DNA of 35,064 nucleotides from a virus: IMG/VR virus record IMGVR_UViG_3300045988_177007, positions 1 to 35,064 of that record; one strand, 5' to 3'. Shown piece by piece: positions 24,248 to 33,282 of this stretch (position 1 is its first letter; each line of letters starts with the position of its first letter). The notes under the pieces were generated by a model. It saw only the letters and a program-made list of their open reading frames with translations, ran no database searches and was not told where the DNA came from. The position numbers and the translations under genes were made by a program.

Positions 24248-25414
24248 ATGGCTGGTAACTCAAGTCTCGGCGCGGCGAAAGATGCCAAGAACGATGAGTT
24301 TTACACGCAGTACAGTGACATTGAAGCCGAGATGAACGCCTATGTGGAGTTCAATCCCGATGTATTCCGGGGTAAGACGATTCTGCTTCCGTGCGATGAC
24401 CCTGAGTGGTCAAACTTCACGAAGTATTTTGCCGCGAACTTTGAGCGTTTTGGTCTGAAGAAGCTGATTAGCACGTCCTATGCGAAGGGCGCTGGAAATA
24501 AACAGCTGACATTGTTTGAAATGGATTCTCCGCTTTATGACGCTGACAAGCACGACACGCACGGCAAGCTGTTCACGCTGACGCGGGACAGGGACGGCTC
24601 TGGGCAGGTCGACACCGACGACATCGAGTTCTCGGGATACCTCGAAGGTGACGGCGACTTCCGCTCCGCCGAGGTGAAGGCGCTACGCGACGAGGCAGAC
24701 ATCATCATCACGAACCCGCCGTTCTCGCTGTTCCATGAATTCATTTCATGGATATTGGACGGGAACAAGCAATTCGCGATTATCGGAAATATGAATGCTT
24801 TGAAATATCGAGAGGTATTCCCTCGTCTTTTGTCAGGTGATATTTGGCTTGGAACAACGGGGCCGAAAGAGTTCATTGTTTCGGCTACTGTTGATGACCG
24901 AAGTAACTTTGTTGTTCAAGAGGGTAAGCAGACTCTTGCAACATTTGGAAATGTGCGCTGGTATACGAATTTGGACCACGGACGACGTCATACGCCGTTG
25001 TTGTTAGACACCATGGTTCATAATTTGAAGTTCAACAAGAAGCTGCGCAGGAAGCTCGCCGAGAAATATCACACTGACGCATATCCTGAATTTTCTAATT
25101 ACGACGCCTTGGAAGTCCCCTTTGTTGAATGCATTCCTTCCGACTACGAGGGCGTTATGGGTGTCCCTATCTCATTTCTTGAAAAGCATAATCCAGAGCA
25201 GTTTGAGCTGCTTGGAATGTCAGGCGTCCTTGAGTGGGCGGTAGAGGAATGCGATTTCTTCAATCCACCAACCGATGAAATCAAGGCAATTTGCAAAAAG
25301 AGAAGTAAGACCTGGCGTGTTCAGAAAGCATATTTGGATGACGAGGATGGTATGCCGCTGATTCCGGTTTATGACAGGCTGTTTATTCGTCCTAAGAGAG
25401 GAGGCAATGACTGA
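24248..25414 (+). CDS. N6-adenine DNA methyltransferase (gamma-class order: FYTQ ... LLPCDDP ... NPPF)
   Basis: 388 aa. IIITNPPF catalytic motif. EFYTQ near the N-terminus. About 47% GC. Confidence 0.7.
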   Translation: MAGNSSLGAAKDAKNDEFYTQYSDIEAEMNAYVEFNPDVFRGKTILLPCDDPEWSNFTKYFAANFERFGLKKLISTSYAKGAGNKQLTLFEMDSPLYDADKHDTHGKLFTLTRDRDGSGQVDTDDIEFSGYLEGDGDFRSAEVKALRDEADIIITNPPFSLFHEFISWILDGNKQFAIIGNMNALKYREVFPRLLSGDIWLGTTGPKEFIVSATVDDRSNFVVQEGKQTLATFGNVRWYTNLDHGRRHTPLLLDTMVHNLKFNKKLRRKLAEKYHTDAYPEFSNYDALEVPFVECIPSDYEGVMGVPISFLEKHNPEQFELLGMSGVLEWAVEECDFFNPPTDEIKAICKKRSKTWRVQKAYLDDEDGMPLIPVYDRLFIRPKRGGND

Positions 25415-26580
25415 TGAAAACGACTTTACATACCGACTGGACGGTCGGCGATGTCTGCAAGGGCTTCGTGTTCGACCGCAACGAGGGCAAGGGACTGTTC
25501 GGCCTCGATGGGCAGCTCATTATCCAGCCCGAGTATCAGCGCAACTATATCTACGGCGACGGCAAGCGCGACGTGGCCGTTGTCGAGTCCCTGCTGAAGG
25601 GCTATCCCCTCGGCTTGATTTACTTCGTGAAGAACGCCGACGGGATGTACGAGGTTCTGGACGGGCAGCAGCGCATCACGTCATTCGCCCGCTACGTGAA
25701 CAAGTCATGGCCGTTCGCTGTTGAGCTGGACGGTAAGCCCCGTTATTTCGACAGTCTGGATGCCGACCAGCAGAAGCTCATTGTTGACGCGCCCCTTACG
25801 ATTTACGTCTGCGAAGGTGAGCCGTCGGAGATCCAAGCATGGTTCGAAACCATCAACATCGCAGGCGTCCCGCTGGTAGATCAGGAACTGCGCAACGCCG
25901 CGTATCACGGGCCGTTCGTGACGAAGGCTCGTGAGGTATTCTCCAACACGGGCAACGCAAACATGAACCGTTGGCAGACATACGTTTCGGGAGACCCGAA
26001 GCGTCAGGCAATTCTCGAAACCGCGCTTGAGTGGGTCAGCGATGGCAATATCGACGACTATATGGCGCAGCGTCGCTACGACGCCGATATTGACGATCTG
26101 AAAAATCATTTCGATACGGTAGTCGACTGGGTGGATTCCGTATTCGAGTACACGGGAAGCGAGATGTGCGGGCGCGAATGGGGTCGGCTGTACCGCGAGT
26201 ATCACAAGAACGCCTACTCGAAGGACAAGGTAGCCGAACGTGTGAACGCCCTGCTCGATGACTCGCAAGTCGGCGATAAAAAGGGCATCTTCGAGTACGT
26301 ATTGGGCGGCGAGGTAGACTCGCGTCTGCTGAACATCCGAGTGTTCGACAAGAAGACCATCAAGGCTGTGTATCGCAAGCAGACCGCAGAGGCGGAAGCT
26401 CAAGGCGTGTCGAACTGCCCGCTGTGTGCCATCGGGCATGATGCGAACGCGAAGCGCATCTACAAGGAGTCCGAGATGGACGCCGATCATGTAACCGCAT
26501 GGTCAAAGGGCGGCTCTACTACTGAAAGCAACTGCCAAATGCTTTGTAAGACACACAACAAGTCAAAAGGAAACAGATAG
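25414..26580 (+). CDS. DUF262 (ParB-like nuclease) + C-terminal HNH protein; GmrSD / BrxU-like type IV restriction-type enzyme
   Basis: 388 aa. [34 protein letters not shown]...DGQQRITSF (DUF262). C-terminus [28 protein letters not shown] (HNH). Start overlaps the methyltransferase stop (ATGA). Confidence 0.7.
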   Translation: MKTTLHTDWTVGDVCKGFVFDRNEGKGLFGLDGQLIIQPEYQRNYIYGDGKRDVAVVESLLKGYPLGLIYFVKNADGMYEVLDGQQRITSFARYVNKSWPFAVELDGKPRYFDSLDADQQKLIVDAPLTIYVCEGEPSEIQAWFETINIAGVPLVDQELRNAAYHGPFVTKAREVFSNTGNANMNRWQTYVSGDPKRQAILETALEWVSDGNIDDYMAQRRYDADIDDLKNHFDTVVDWVDSVFEYTGSEMCGREWGRLYREYHKNAYSKDKVAERVNALLDDSQVGDKKGIFEYVLGGEVDSRLLNIRVFDKKTIKAVYRKQTAEAEAQGVSNCPLCAIGHDANAKRIYKESEMDADHVTAWSKGGSTTESNCQMLCKTHNKSKGNR

Positions 26581-26586
26581 AAACGG

Positions 26587-26615
26587 ATGGGGCGGCTATG
26601 ACAGCCGCCCCATCT
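26587..26615 (+). terminator. Perfect 11-bp stem hairpin after the island operon (GATGGGGCGGC-TATGACA-GCCGCCCCATC)
   Basis: Read directly. Only a weak T tract follows. Confidence 0.4.
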
Positions 26616-26652
26616 CATTATGTCAATTCTGGGCTAACAGAGCCTTTTTTGT

Positions 26653-26748
26653 TGGCAGGTTCTGGCAATCTCTGGCAGGTTCTGGCGCATTTTGGCAGCC
26701 CGTGGCGCATTTTGGCAACGATTGGCGGACTGTGGCGGCGATTCGGCG
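26653..26748 (+). repeat. Array of nine TGGCR pentamers at exact 10-bp phasing, with a degenerate tenth
   Basis: TGGCA or TGGCG starts at 26653, 26663, 26673, 26683, 26693, 26703, 26713, 26723 and 26733. TCGGCG at 26743. Confidence 0.9.
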
Positions 26749-26833
26749 CGTATAACGTAGGCTGTGCGACAGCGCACGAGAATCAACGCAAGGCCCTGGG
26801 GAACACCGGGGCCTTTCTCTTTAAGGAGGCGCG

Positions 26834-27031
26834 ATGCTTCCGCTCCGCGTCATCGAGTCCATCGCCCTGCGATACGACACCGTGATGAGCCGGGCCATGC
26901 TCCGCGCCCTGGGCGTGGTGGTAAGGCCTGAGGTCAGGGCTGTGCCAAAGGCTTGCGCCAAGCTGATAAGCGACGCCAAGTACCGGGGCATGGAGTGGTG
27001 CTTCGAGAACCACGGCTCGCCCTGTCTATGA
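26834..27031 (+). CDS. Hypothetical small protein, translationally coupled to the HNH gene
   Basis: 65 aa. Stop overlaps the HNH start (ATGA). Confidence 0.3.
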   Translation: MLPLRVIESIALRYDTVMSRAMLRALGVVVRPEVRAVPKACAKLISDAKYRGMEWCFENHGSPCL

Positions 27032-27324
27032 GCACGCCCAGCCGCTACGCCAACGGTCATGCGCGCCGAGAGGTGAGGGCGTGGCTGAGGGCGCAGTGCA
27101 GGCCGTGCGCGATATGCGGCAGGCCCATCGACTACGACCTCCCGGCCGGCGACCCCATGAGCTTCGAGGTCGACGAGATCGTGCCGGTGTCGCGCGGCGG
27201 CTCGCCCATCGACCGAGCGAACGTGCAGCCCGCGCACCGCATCTGCAACCAGCGTCGGGGCAACCGAATGCCCGGCGACGCGGGGGCGGCCGGGCTGGCG
27301 GTGAGGAGAAGCCGCGACTGGTAG
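27028..27324 (+). CDS. HNH endonuclease (packaging-associated)
   Basis: CRPCAICGRPIDYDL....EVDEIVPVSRGGSPIDRANVQPAHRICNQRRGN. Immediately upstream of the terminase genes, as in HK97-like phages. Confidence 0.7.
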   Translation: MSTPSRYANGHARREVRAWLRAQCRPCAICGRPIDYDLPAGDPMSFEVDEIVPVSRGGSPIDRANVQPAHRICNQRRGNRMPGDAGAAGLAVRRSRDW

Positions 27325-27434
27325 GGGGGCGACCCCCTCCCCCCGGCCCACAGGCTCGCCCGCTGGCGTTGCGCCCATATAGCGCGCCCATTTTATTTCC
27401 ACAGGTACCTAACAAACGTGTTGGCGGTGAGACC

Positions 27435-27689
27435 ATGGCCCGCATCAAGCTCACGACCGCATGCAACCGCGGCGACCCGCGCGGGGTCTACGAGGCCCTG
27501 CGCTACGACATGGCCAAGAAGCTCGAGGAGACCGACTCTGGCCGCGACTACGCCGCCATCGCCAAGTCCTTCATCGACGTGCAGGAGAAGCTGGACGAGC
27601 TGGGCGAAACGGCGACCAAGGCGACGGAGCGCCACGCATCAGCGCTCGCGCAGGCCCAGCGCCGCCACCTGAAGGTAGTCAATGGCTAG
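27435..27689 (+). CDS. Putative terminase small subunit
   Basis: 84 aa. Sits directly before and overlaps the large terminase. Call is by position only. Confidence 0.35.
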   Translation: MARIKLTTACNRGDPRGVYEALRYDMAKKLEETDSGRDYAAIAKSFIDVQEKLDELGETATKATERHASALAQAQRRHLKVVNG

Positions 27690-29139
27690 GATCGGCAACC
27701 AGGCCCCGACGTTCGAGGTCGTGGGCGACTACGCCCGAACGGACGGCCCGGAGATAGTCTCGACGCTCGCGGCCTACGGCTTCGAGTTCGACGAGGCGCA
27801 GGCCCACCAGCTCGAGCTCTACGCGGCCAAGGACGCCACCGGCGCCCCGGCGGCCATGACCATCGGCCTCTCGAAGCCGCGCCAGAACGGCAAGAGCCAC
27901 GCGGCGCGCTGGTGGGCGGTGTGGTGCGCGGCCATCTGCGGCATGCAGGTGGTCTACTCCGCGCACAACGGAGACGTTGTGGCCGAGTTCTTCAAGCTGC
28001 TAGACCTCGTCTTCACCAACGAGGACAACTACCCCGACTTCCACGCCATGCTCGACGGCGAGCCGTACAGGCAGCCAGGCAGGCAGGAGATACGTTTCAC
28101 CAGCGGCGGGCGCATCCGCTTCTCGACGCGAACCAACTCAAAGAGCCGTGGCGGCACCTGCTCCATGATCGTCATCGACGAGGCACAGGAGCTCACCGAC
28201 GCGCAGCTCAACGCATTGCTGCCGACCACGGCCGCGAGCCCGGACGGCGTGCCGCAGGCCATCTACATCGGCACCCCGCCCGACCCGACGTGCGTCGGCA
28301 CCGTCTTCCGCCGTCTCCATGACGAGGCGCACGGCGACCCGGCGCCGGACACGTGGTGGATGGAATGGGCCATCGACGAGCTGCCCAAGGAAGACGCCGA
28401 CATGGACGAGCTGATGGAGCTTGCCTACGCGACGAACCCGGCGCTCGGCACGCGCATCAACGAGCGCACCGTCCGCAACGAGGCCCGCACGATGGGCCTG
28501 GACGGCCTCGCCCGCGAGCGCTTCGGCTGGTGGAAGCCCGGCGGCGCGCAGGCGCCCCCGCTCATCGACCCCGCCAAGTGGGGGGAGTGCCTGGTGGCCG
28601 ACGAGGACGCCATGCGAGACGGAATCAAGGCCTTCGGCGTGAAGTTCTCGCCCGACGGGCAGACCGCCGCGCTCAGCGTGGCCCTGGCCCATAAGGGCGG
28701 GGCGTCCTACGTCGAGCTGATAGAGGTCTCCGGCACCTCGCGCGGCACCGACGGGCTGTCCGACTGGCTGCTCGCCCGCGCCGGGACCACGGCGGCGCTT
28801 GCCATCGACGGCAAGAGCGGGACGGCGCCCCTCGTCAAGCGCCTCCTCGACCGCGGCTACCCGAGGCGCGCACTCGTGGAGTGCTCCCCGGCGGACGCGC
28901 AGGCGTCGGTGGCGATGCTGCTCGACGAGGTCAACGCGGGCACCGTCAGCCACATCGCATCGCCGGCGCTCGACGAGAGCGCGACGAGATCCATCAAGCG
29001 AAAGATAGGGAGCAACGGCGGCTTCGGCTTCGGCGACGGCCCCGACTCCATCTCGTGCCCGGTCGAGAGCGCGGCGCTGGCCCTGTGGGCCGCCCGCACG
29101 ACCAAGCGCGACCCGAAGAGAAAGCAGAGGGCCTGGTAG
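27682..29139 (+). CDS. terL: Terminase large subunit
   Basis: 485 aa. Walker A-like GLSKPRQNGKS. Walker B-like MIVIDEAQEL. C-terminal nuclease-like region. Confidence 0.85.
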   Translation: MARIGNQAPTFEVVGDYARTDGPEIVSTLAAYGFEFDEAQAHQLELYAAKDATGAPAAMTIGLSKPRQNGKSHAARWWAVWCAAICGMQVVYSAHNGDVVAEFFKLLDLVFTNEDNYPDFHAMLDGEPYRQPGRQEIRFTSGGRIRFSTRTNSKSRGGTCSMIVIDEAQELTDAQLNALLPTTAASPDGVPQAIYIGTPPDPTCVGTVFRRLHDEAHGDPAPDTWWMEWAIDELPKEDADMDELMELAYATNPALGTRINERTVRNEARTMGLDGLARERFGWWKPGGAQAPPLIDPAKWGECLVADEDAMRDGIKAFGVKFSPDGQTAALSVALAHKGGASYVELIEVSGTSRGTDGLSDWLLARAGTTAALAIDGKSGTAPLVKRLLDRGYPRRALVECSPADAQASVAMLLDEVNAGTVSHIASPALDESATRSIKRKIGSNGGFGFGDGPDSISCPVESAALALWAARTTKRDPKRKQRAW

Positions 29140-30590
29140 TGCGCAAGGAGATACCATCCGACATCGCGTCGGCGAGCGGCCTCAGGCCCGAGGACGCCCA
29201 GACCGTTCAAGCACTCTGCGTGACCTACCGCACGAAGCTCGCGCGCAATTACCTGCGACGGGGCTACTACCTGATGCACAAGCGCCCCAAGGAGCTGGGC
29301 ATCTCCGTGCCGCCGCACCTCCGCAACCTCGAGCAGGTGGTGGGCTGGCCCGCGAAGGCGGTGGACAGCCTCGCCAACCGCTCGCAGTTCGACGGCTTCG
29401 TTACCTCCGACGAGGACGCGACCGACGAGCTCGCGCGCATCGTCTCTGCCAACTCCATGAAGCGCCTGTACCGGCAGTCGGTGAAGAGCGAGCTGCAGTG
29501 CTGCTGCGCCTTCTTGACCGTCACGGCGGGCGACGAGGGCGAGCCGCCCGTGATCGTGTCCTCGCACCCAGCCACCGCCGCCGCGGCCATCTGGGACGAC
29601 CACATGCGCCGCATCGAGGCGGGCATGGTCGTGGTCGACCGCGACCGCAGGCCGCGCCACGGCGACGAGCCGACGTGGGTGGACGTCTTCACCGACGAGG
29701 CCGTCATCCGCATCAGGCGCGACGGAACCACCCGCAACTGGGCGGCGGAGTACGTCTGGCACTCCATGGGCCGCCCGCTCATGGTCCCCATGGCCCACGA
29801 GGCCACGCTGGAGCGCCCCTTCGGCAAGTCGCGCATCTCCCGCGCGGTGATGAACATCACAGACAACGCCATGCGCGCCTCCGTGCGCTCCGAGATCTCC
29901 GCCGAGTTCTTCACAAGCCCGCAGAAGTACCTGATGGGCGCGGACGACGACGTTCTCGGCGACATGAGCAAATGGGACGCATACATCGGCAACATCTTCT
30001 CCGTGTCCAAAGACGAGGACGGCGACGCGCCGACCTTCGGGCAGCTCGCACAGGGGAGCATGCAGCCGCACATCGACTATATGCGCTCGCTCGCCGCCCG
30101 CTTCTCGGGCGAGACGAACATCCCGCTCTCCGAGCTGGGCGTCGTGACGGACAACCCCAGCTCCGCCGAGGCGATCTACGCGGCCAAAGAGGCGCTCGTC
30201 ATCGACGCGCAGAACCTCAACGCCGACAACGGCGAGGCCCTGCGCGACGTGGCCCTCATGGCGCTCGCCGTCTCTCGCGGCACCGACTACGCGACCGTCG
30301 AGGGCGAGCGCCTGGCCGTCCAGGCGAAGTTCAAGAACCCCGCCATGCCGTCCGTGGTGAGCCAGTCCGACGCGATGGTCAAGATGATCAGCGTGCTGCC
30401 GTGGCTCGCGGAGTCCGACGTGGCCCTGGAGGAGCTTGGCTTCTCCGACGACCAGATCCAGCGCCTGCGGAGTGACCGCGCCAAGGCCGAAAGCCGCGCG
30501 CTCGTTCAGGCGGCCGCGCAGCTCCCGGCGGCGCAGTCGGCGGCGACGGAGGCCGCGCAGGGCGTGCCGCCCGTGACGACCGGTGCTTAG
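29139..30590 (+). CDS. Portal protein
   Basis: GTG at 29139 overlaps the terL stop. About 483 aa. Position and size fit. Confidence 0.7.
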   Translation: MRKEIPSDIASASGLRPEDAQTVQALCVTYRTKLARNYLRRGYYLMHKRPKELGISVPPHLRNLEQVVGWPAKAVDSLANRSQFDGFVTSDEDATDELARIVSANSMKRLYRQSVKSELQCCCAFLTVTAGDEGEPPVIVSSHPATAAAAIWDDHMRRIEAGMVVVDRDRRPRHGDEPTWVDVFTDEAVIRIRRDGTTRNWAAEYVWHSMGRPLMVPMAHEATLERPFGKSRISRAVMNITDNAMRASVRSEISAEFFTSPQKYLMGADDDVLGDMSKWDAYIGNIFSVSKDEDGDAPTFGQLAQGSMQPHIDYMRSLAARFSGETNIPLSELGVVTDNPSSAEAIYAAKEALVIDAQNLNADNGEALRDVALMALAVSRGTDYATVEGERLAVQAKFKNPAMPSVVSQSDAMVKMISVLPWLAESDVALEELGFSDDQIQRLRSDRAKAESRALVQAAAQLPAAQSAATEAAQGVPPVTTGA

Positions 30591-31998
30591 CCGCGAGGCG
30601 TTCGACCGCTACAGCCGCCAAGTGAGCAACCTCGCCGGCGGCGCGGGCGAGTATGTCCGGCGCATGGTCTCCTCCTTTCTCAGCCAGTACCCTGACGCGA
30701 GCGTGGCGGAGTGCCGCGATTTCGCGTGGCAGGTCATGCTCGAGGCCGTCCAGATCTACGGAGACGCATCGGCCACAGCCGCCGCCGACTACTACGACTC
30801 GGTCATGAGCGCGGCGGGGACCGGCGCGAAGCCCGCAGCACTGCACTCAGGCGTGGACGAAGAACAGGCCGAGAGGGTGGCCCGCTACCAGGCGGGCAAG
30901 CTCGTCAAGGGGGACCAGCTCGGCTTCGCCCGCGAGTGCGCCGCTTACGCGTCAGACGCCACGAGGCAGGCGGCCAACCGGACGATGCTGGGCAACGCCT
31001 TGCGCGACGAGGGGCACGGCGTGCGTTACGCCCGCGTCCCGACCGGGGCGGAGACCTGTACTTTCTGCCGGATGCTTTCCTCGCGCGGCTTCGTGTATCG
31101 GTCAAAGGAAAGCGCAGAGCTCTTCGGCCACAACCACCGTGGCTGCAACTGCGAGGTCGTCGCGTCCACCGACGCCGACGGCCTTGAGGGCTACGACCCG
31201 GACCGCGAGCGCGACATCTGGCAGAAATACGAGGAGATAGACGCCGACGAGAGCTTGAGCAGGGCCGAGAACGAAGCCGCAAAGCGAGCCGTGCTCGGCT
31301 TGAACGCGCCCAAAGACGCCGTCGCGGATGTCTCCGTGCTCAAACGGCTCGGCGTAACCGAGGCTGAGGTTGATGCGCCGCTTCCGGCGGGCTCGGCATC
31401 AGCGCCGTCTACCACGGGAAAATTCAAGTCTTATTCACTCCCGTCTGGAAGACGGTTCCTATTCAAAGCCAACATGGACCCAAGCATGCAAGACATGACG
31501 CCGGAAAGGCTGCTCTCTCTTTACGAAAAGGTCCCTGGCCATATCAAAGCCCGCATGCAGAAGGAAATCTATGTTGTCGACTATGCGAACCCGTCAGACG
31601 CGTACTGGAGGAAGCGATACCGTAATTTCTCCAGATCATATGCAACAGGCGGGGACGAAATTACCTTATGGGCATATACAGGGCACGATGACGCCTACCT
31701 CGTAAGGACGCTTTGCCATGAGACGGGCCATCTGGTCGATGCAGAGGAAGCGCCGTCCGGGAAGAACTTCAGCTCCGGCAAAACGTGGGACGATGCGATT
31801 ACGCTCGATTACAGGCACAGCAAAAAGACCCATCCGACGAAATACGCGGCCAATTCACCGGCTGAAGACTTCGCGGAGTCGGTGGCGCTCTATACTGTCG
31901 ACAGCGTCGATTTTAGGCGTGATTTTCCGAATCGCGCGACGATTCTCGATAGGTTTTTTGGGGGTGGCGACGGTGCCAACAGCTCAACGAGTCGATGA
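30583..31998 (+). CDS. MuF-like minor head protein fused to a C-terminal HExxH zinc-metallopeptidase-like domain (polymorphic-toxin architecture)
   Basis: GTG start. Central ...VRYARVPTGAETCTFCRMLSSRGFVYRS...FGHNHRGCNCEV matches the Mu F / SPP1 gp7 core (H..C.C). C-terminal LCHETGHLVD plus downstream FAESVALY gives HExxH...E. The last ~190 codons are about 48% GC. Confidence 0.65.
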   Translation: MLSREAFDRYSRQVSNLAGGAGEYVRRMVSSFLSQYPDASVAECRDFAWQVMLEAVQIYGDASATAAADYYDSVMSAAGTGAKPAALHSGVDEEQAERVARYQAGKLVKGDQLGFARECAAYASDATRQAANRTMLGNALRDEGHGVRYARVPTGAETCTFCRMLSSRGFVYRSKESAELFGHNHRGCNCEVVASTDADGLEGYDPDRERDIWQKYEEIDADESLSRAENEAAKRAVLGLNAPKDAVADVSVLKRLGVTEAEVDAPLPAGSASAPSTTGKFKSYSLPSGRRFLFKANMDPSMQDMTPERLLSLYEKVPGHIKARMQKEIYVVDYANPSDAYWRKRYRNFSRSYATGGDEITLWAYTGHDDAYLVRTLCHETGHLVDAEEAPSGKNFSSGKTWDDAITLDYRHSKKTHPTKYAANSPAEDFAESVALYTVDSVDFRRDFPNRATILDRFFGGGDGANSSTSR

Positions 31999-32149
31999 GC
32001 CGACGCCCAACGGCGGCGATTACTCAGAAATCATCTATATGGATGACAACTTCGATGTTGTCGATGAGGACGTCGCCACTAAGTGCGTAATCCGCGAGTG
32101 CATGGCCGACGGTTCCATCATTTGCGAAACGTTCGGGATGCTCTCATGA
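31973..32149 (+). CDS. Small acidic protein. Immunity-protein candidate
   Basis: GTG 31973, or ATG 32039. Overlaps the end of the toxin-like gene. Low GC. Confidence 0.2.
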   Translation: MPTAQRVDEPTPNGGDYSEIIYMDDNFDVVDEDVATKCVIRECMADGSIICETFGMLS

Positions 32150-32523
32150 GGCGCGACCTAGACCTCGTTCGCTCCATCCTCATCTATGTCGAGAAGGCAG
32201 AGGACGAGGTGGACGCGGAGGACCTCGTGACCGACGGCTGGCCGTTCGAGACCGTCGCGTACCACGTCAGGCTAATGGCCCACCACGGGCTCGTCGACCT
32301 GTCCGATGACACGAGGGACATGAACGGCGAGACGCTGTCGCTGGCTGTGTCCGGCCTCACGTGGGACGGGCAGGACTACCTCGACGCCATCCGCGACCCG
32401 AAGGTCTGGGCAAAGGTCAAGAAGACCGTCAAGGAGGCCGTTGGCTCCACTACGTTCGAGGTTGTGAAGCAGACGGGGGCGCTCGTCGCCATGTCCATGG
32501 TCAAGGCCAGCCTCGGGATGTAA
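32146..32523 (+). CDS. Hypothetical protein (DUF2513/YjcQ-like N-terminus)
   Basis: 125 aa. MRRDLDLVRSILIYVEKAEDE start. Overlaps the preceding stop. Confidence 0.35.
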   Translation: MRRDLDLVRSILIYVEKAEDEVDAEDLVTDGWPFETVAYHVRLMAHHGLVDLSDDTRDMNGETLSLAVSGLTWDGQDYLDAIRDPKVWAKVKKTVKEAVGSTTFEVVKQTGALVAMSMVKASLGM

Positions 32524-32558
32524 CCACCGGAAACCAATCAAAACCAATCGCCAATCAC

Positions 32559-32578
32559 GGCCCCGCAAGGGGCCTTTT
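32559..32578 (+). terminator. Rho-independent terminator (GGCCCC-GCAA-GGGGCC-TTTT)
   Basis: Read directly. Confidence 0.6.
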
Positions 32579-32669
32579 CCATGGGCATCCGCCCGTGGGA
32601 GGGTGGCGTCGACGCGCCCGAAACCGTCATGCCGCGCAGACACGCAACGCGCGGCGACCAGCCGAATCA

Positions 32670-32691
32670 AGCCCCGACCGGGGCTTTTTTC
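32670..32691 (+). terminator. Second rho-independent terminator (AGCCCCG-ac-CGGGGCT-TTTTTT)
   Basis: Read directly. Confidence 0.55.
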
Positions 32692-32796
32692 ATATACGCC
32701 CGCCACGGGCGGCAACCGTGGCACCTCACCGCGCCTGCCGGGTCAAGCAGGCTCGCACACGCCCGAGCGGGCGGGATTCTACCGAAAGGAAACGAA

Positions 32797-33264
32797 ATGG
32801 CAAACGAAAAGACGGAGTTCGAGCCCATCACCTCGCAGGAGCAGCTTGACGGCATCCTCAAGGGCCGCCTTGCCCGCGAGCGCGAGAAGGCCGCGGCCAA
32901 GTACGCCGACTACGACGAGCTGAAGGCCAAGGCCGCGAAGTTCGACGAGGCCGAGGCCGCTCAGATGAGCGACCTCGAGAAGGCCAAGAAGGAGGTCGAG
33001 GAGCTCAAGGCCGCCGCCGCCAAGCGCGACGAGGCCGACCGCGTGCGCGGCCTCAAGGCCAAGGTCTCCAAGGCCACAGGCGTGCCCGCCGACCTCATCA
33101 GCGGCGCCGACGAGGAGTCCATGACCGCCTTCGCGAAGTCCGTCGCCGAGTTCGCCAAGAAGCCGAGCGCCCCGAAGCTGGAGGAGTCCGGCAGGTCCGC
33201 CTCAGCCAAGCCCGAGGACAACGGCTTCCGAGAGATCGCCCGCATGCTCGCGGGCGAGGAGTAG
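32797..33264 (+). CDS. Scaffolding protein
   Basis: 155 aa. Ala/Lys/Glu-rich with coiled-coil character. AAAGGAAACG RBS. Directly upstream of the capsid gene. Confidence 0.6.
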   Translation: MANEKTEFEPITSQEQLDGILKGRLAREREKAAAKYADYDELKAKAAKFDEAEAAQMSDLEKAKKEVEELKAAAAKRDEADRVRGLKAKVSKATGVPADLISGADEESMTAFAKSVAEFAKKPSAPKLEESGRSASAKPEDNGFREIARMLAGEE

Positions 33265-33282
33265 CCAACGAGAGGAACGAAC

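Noticed and set aside
26653-26748. TGGCR array as a CRISPR array
   Set aside because: The period is 10 bp with 5-bp units. There is no repeat-spacer structure of CRISPR dimensions.
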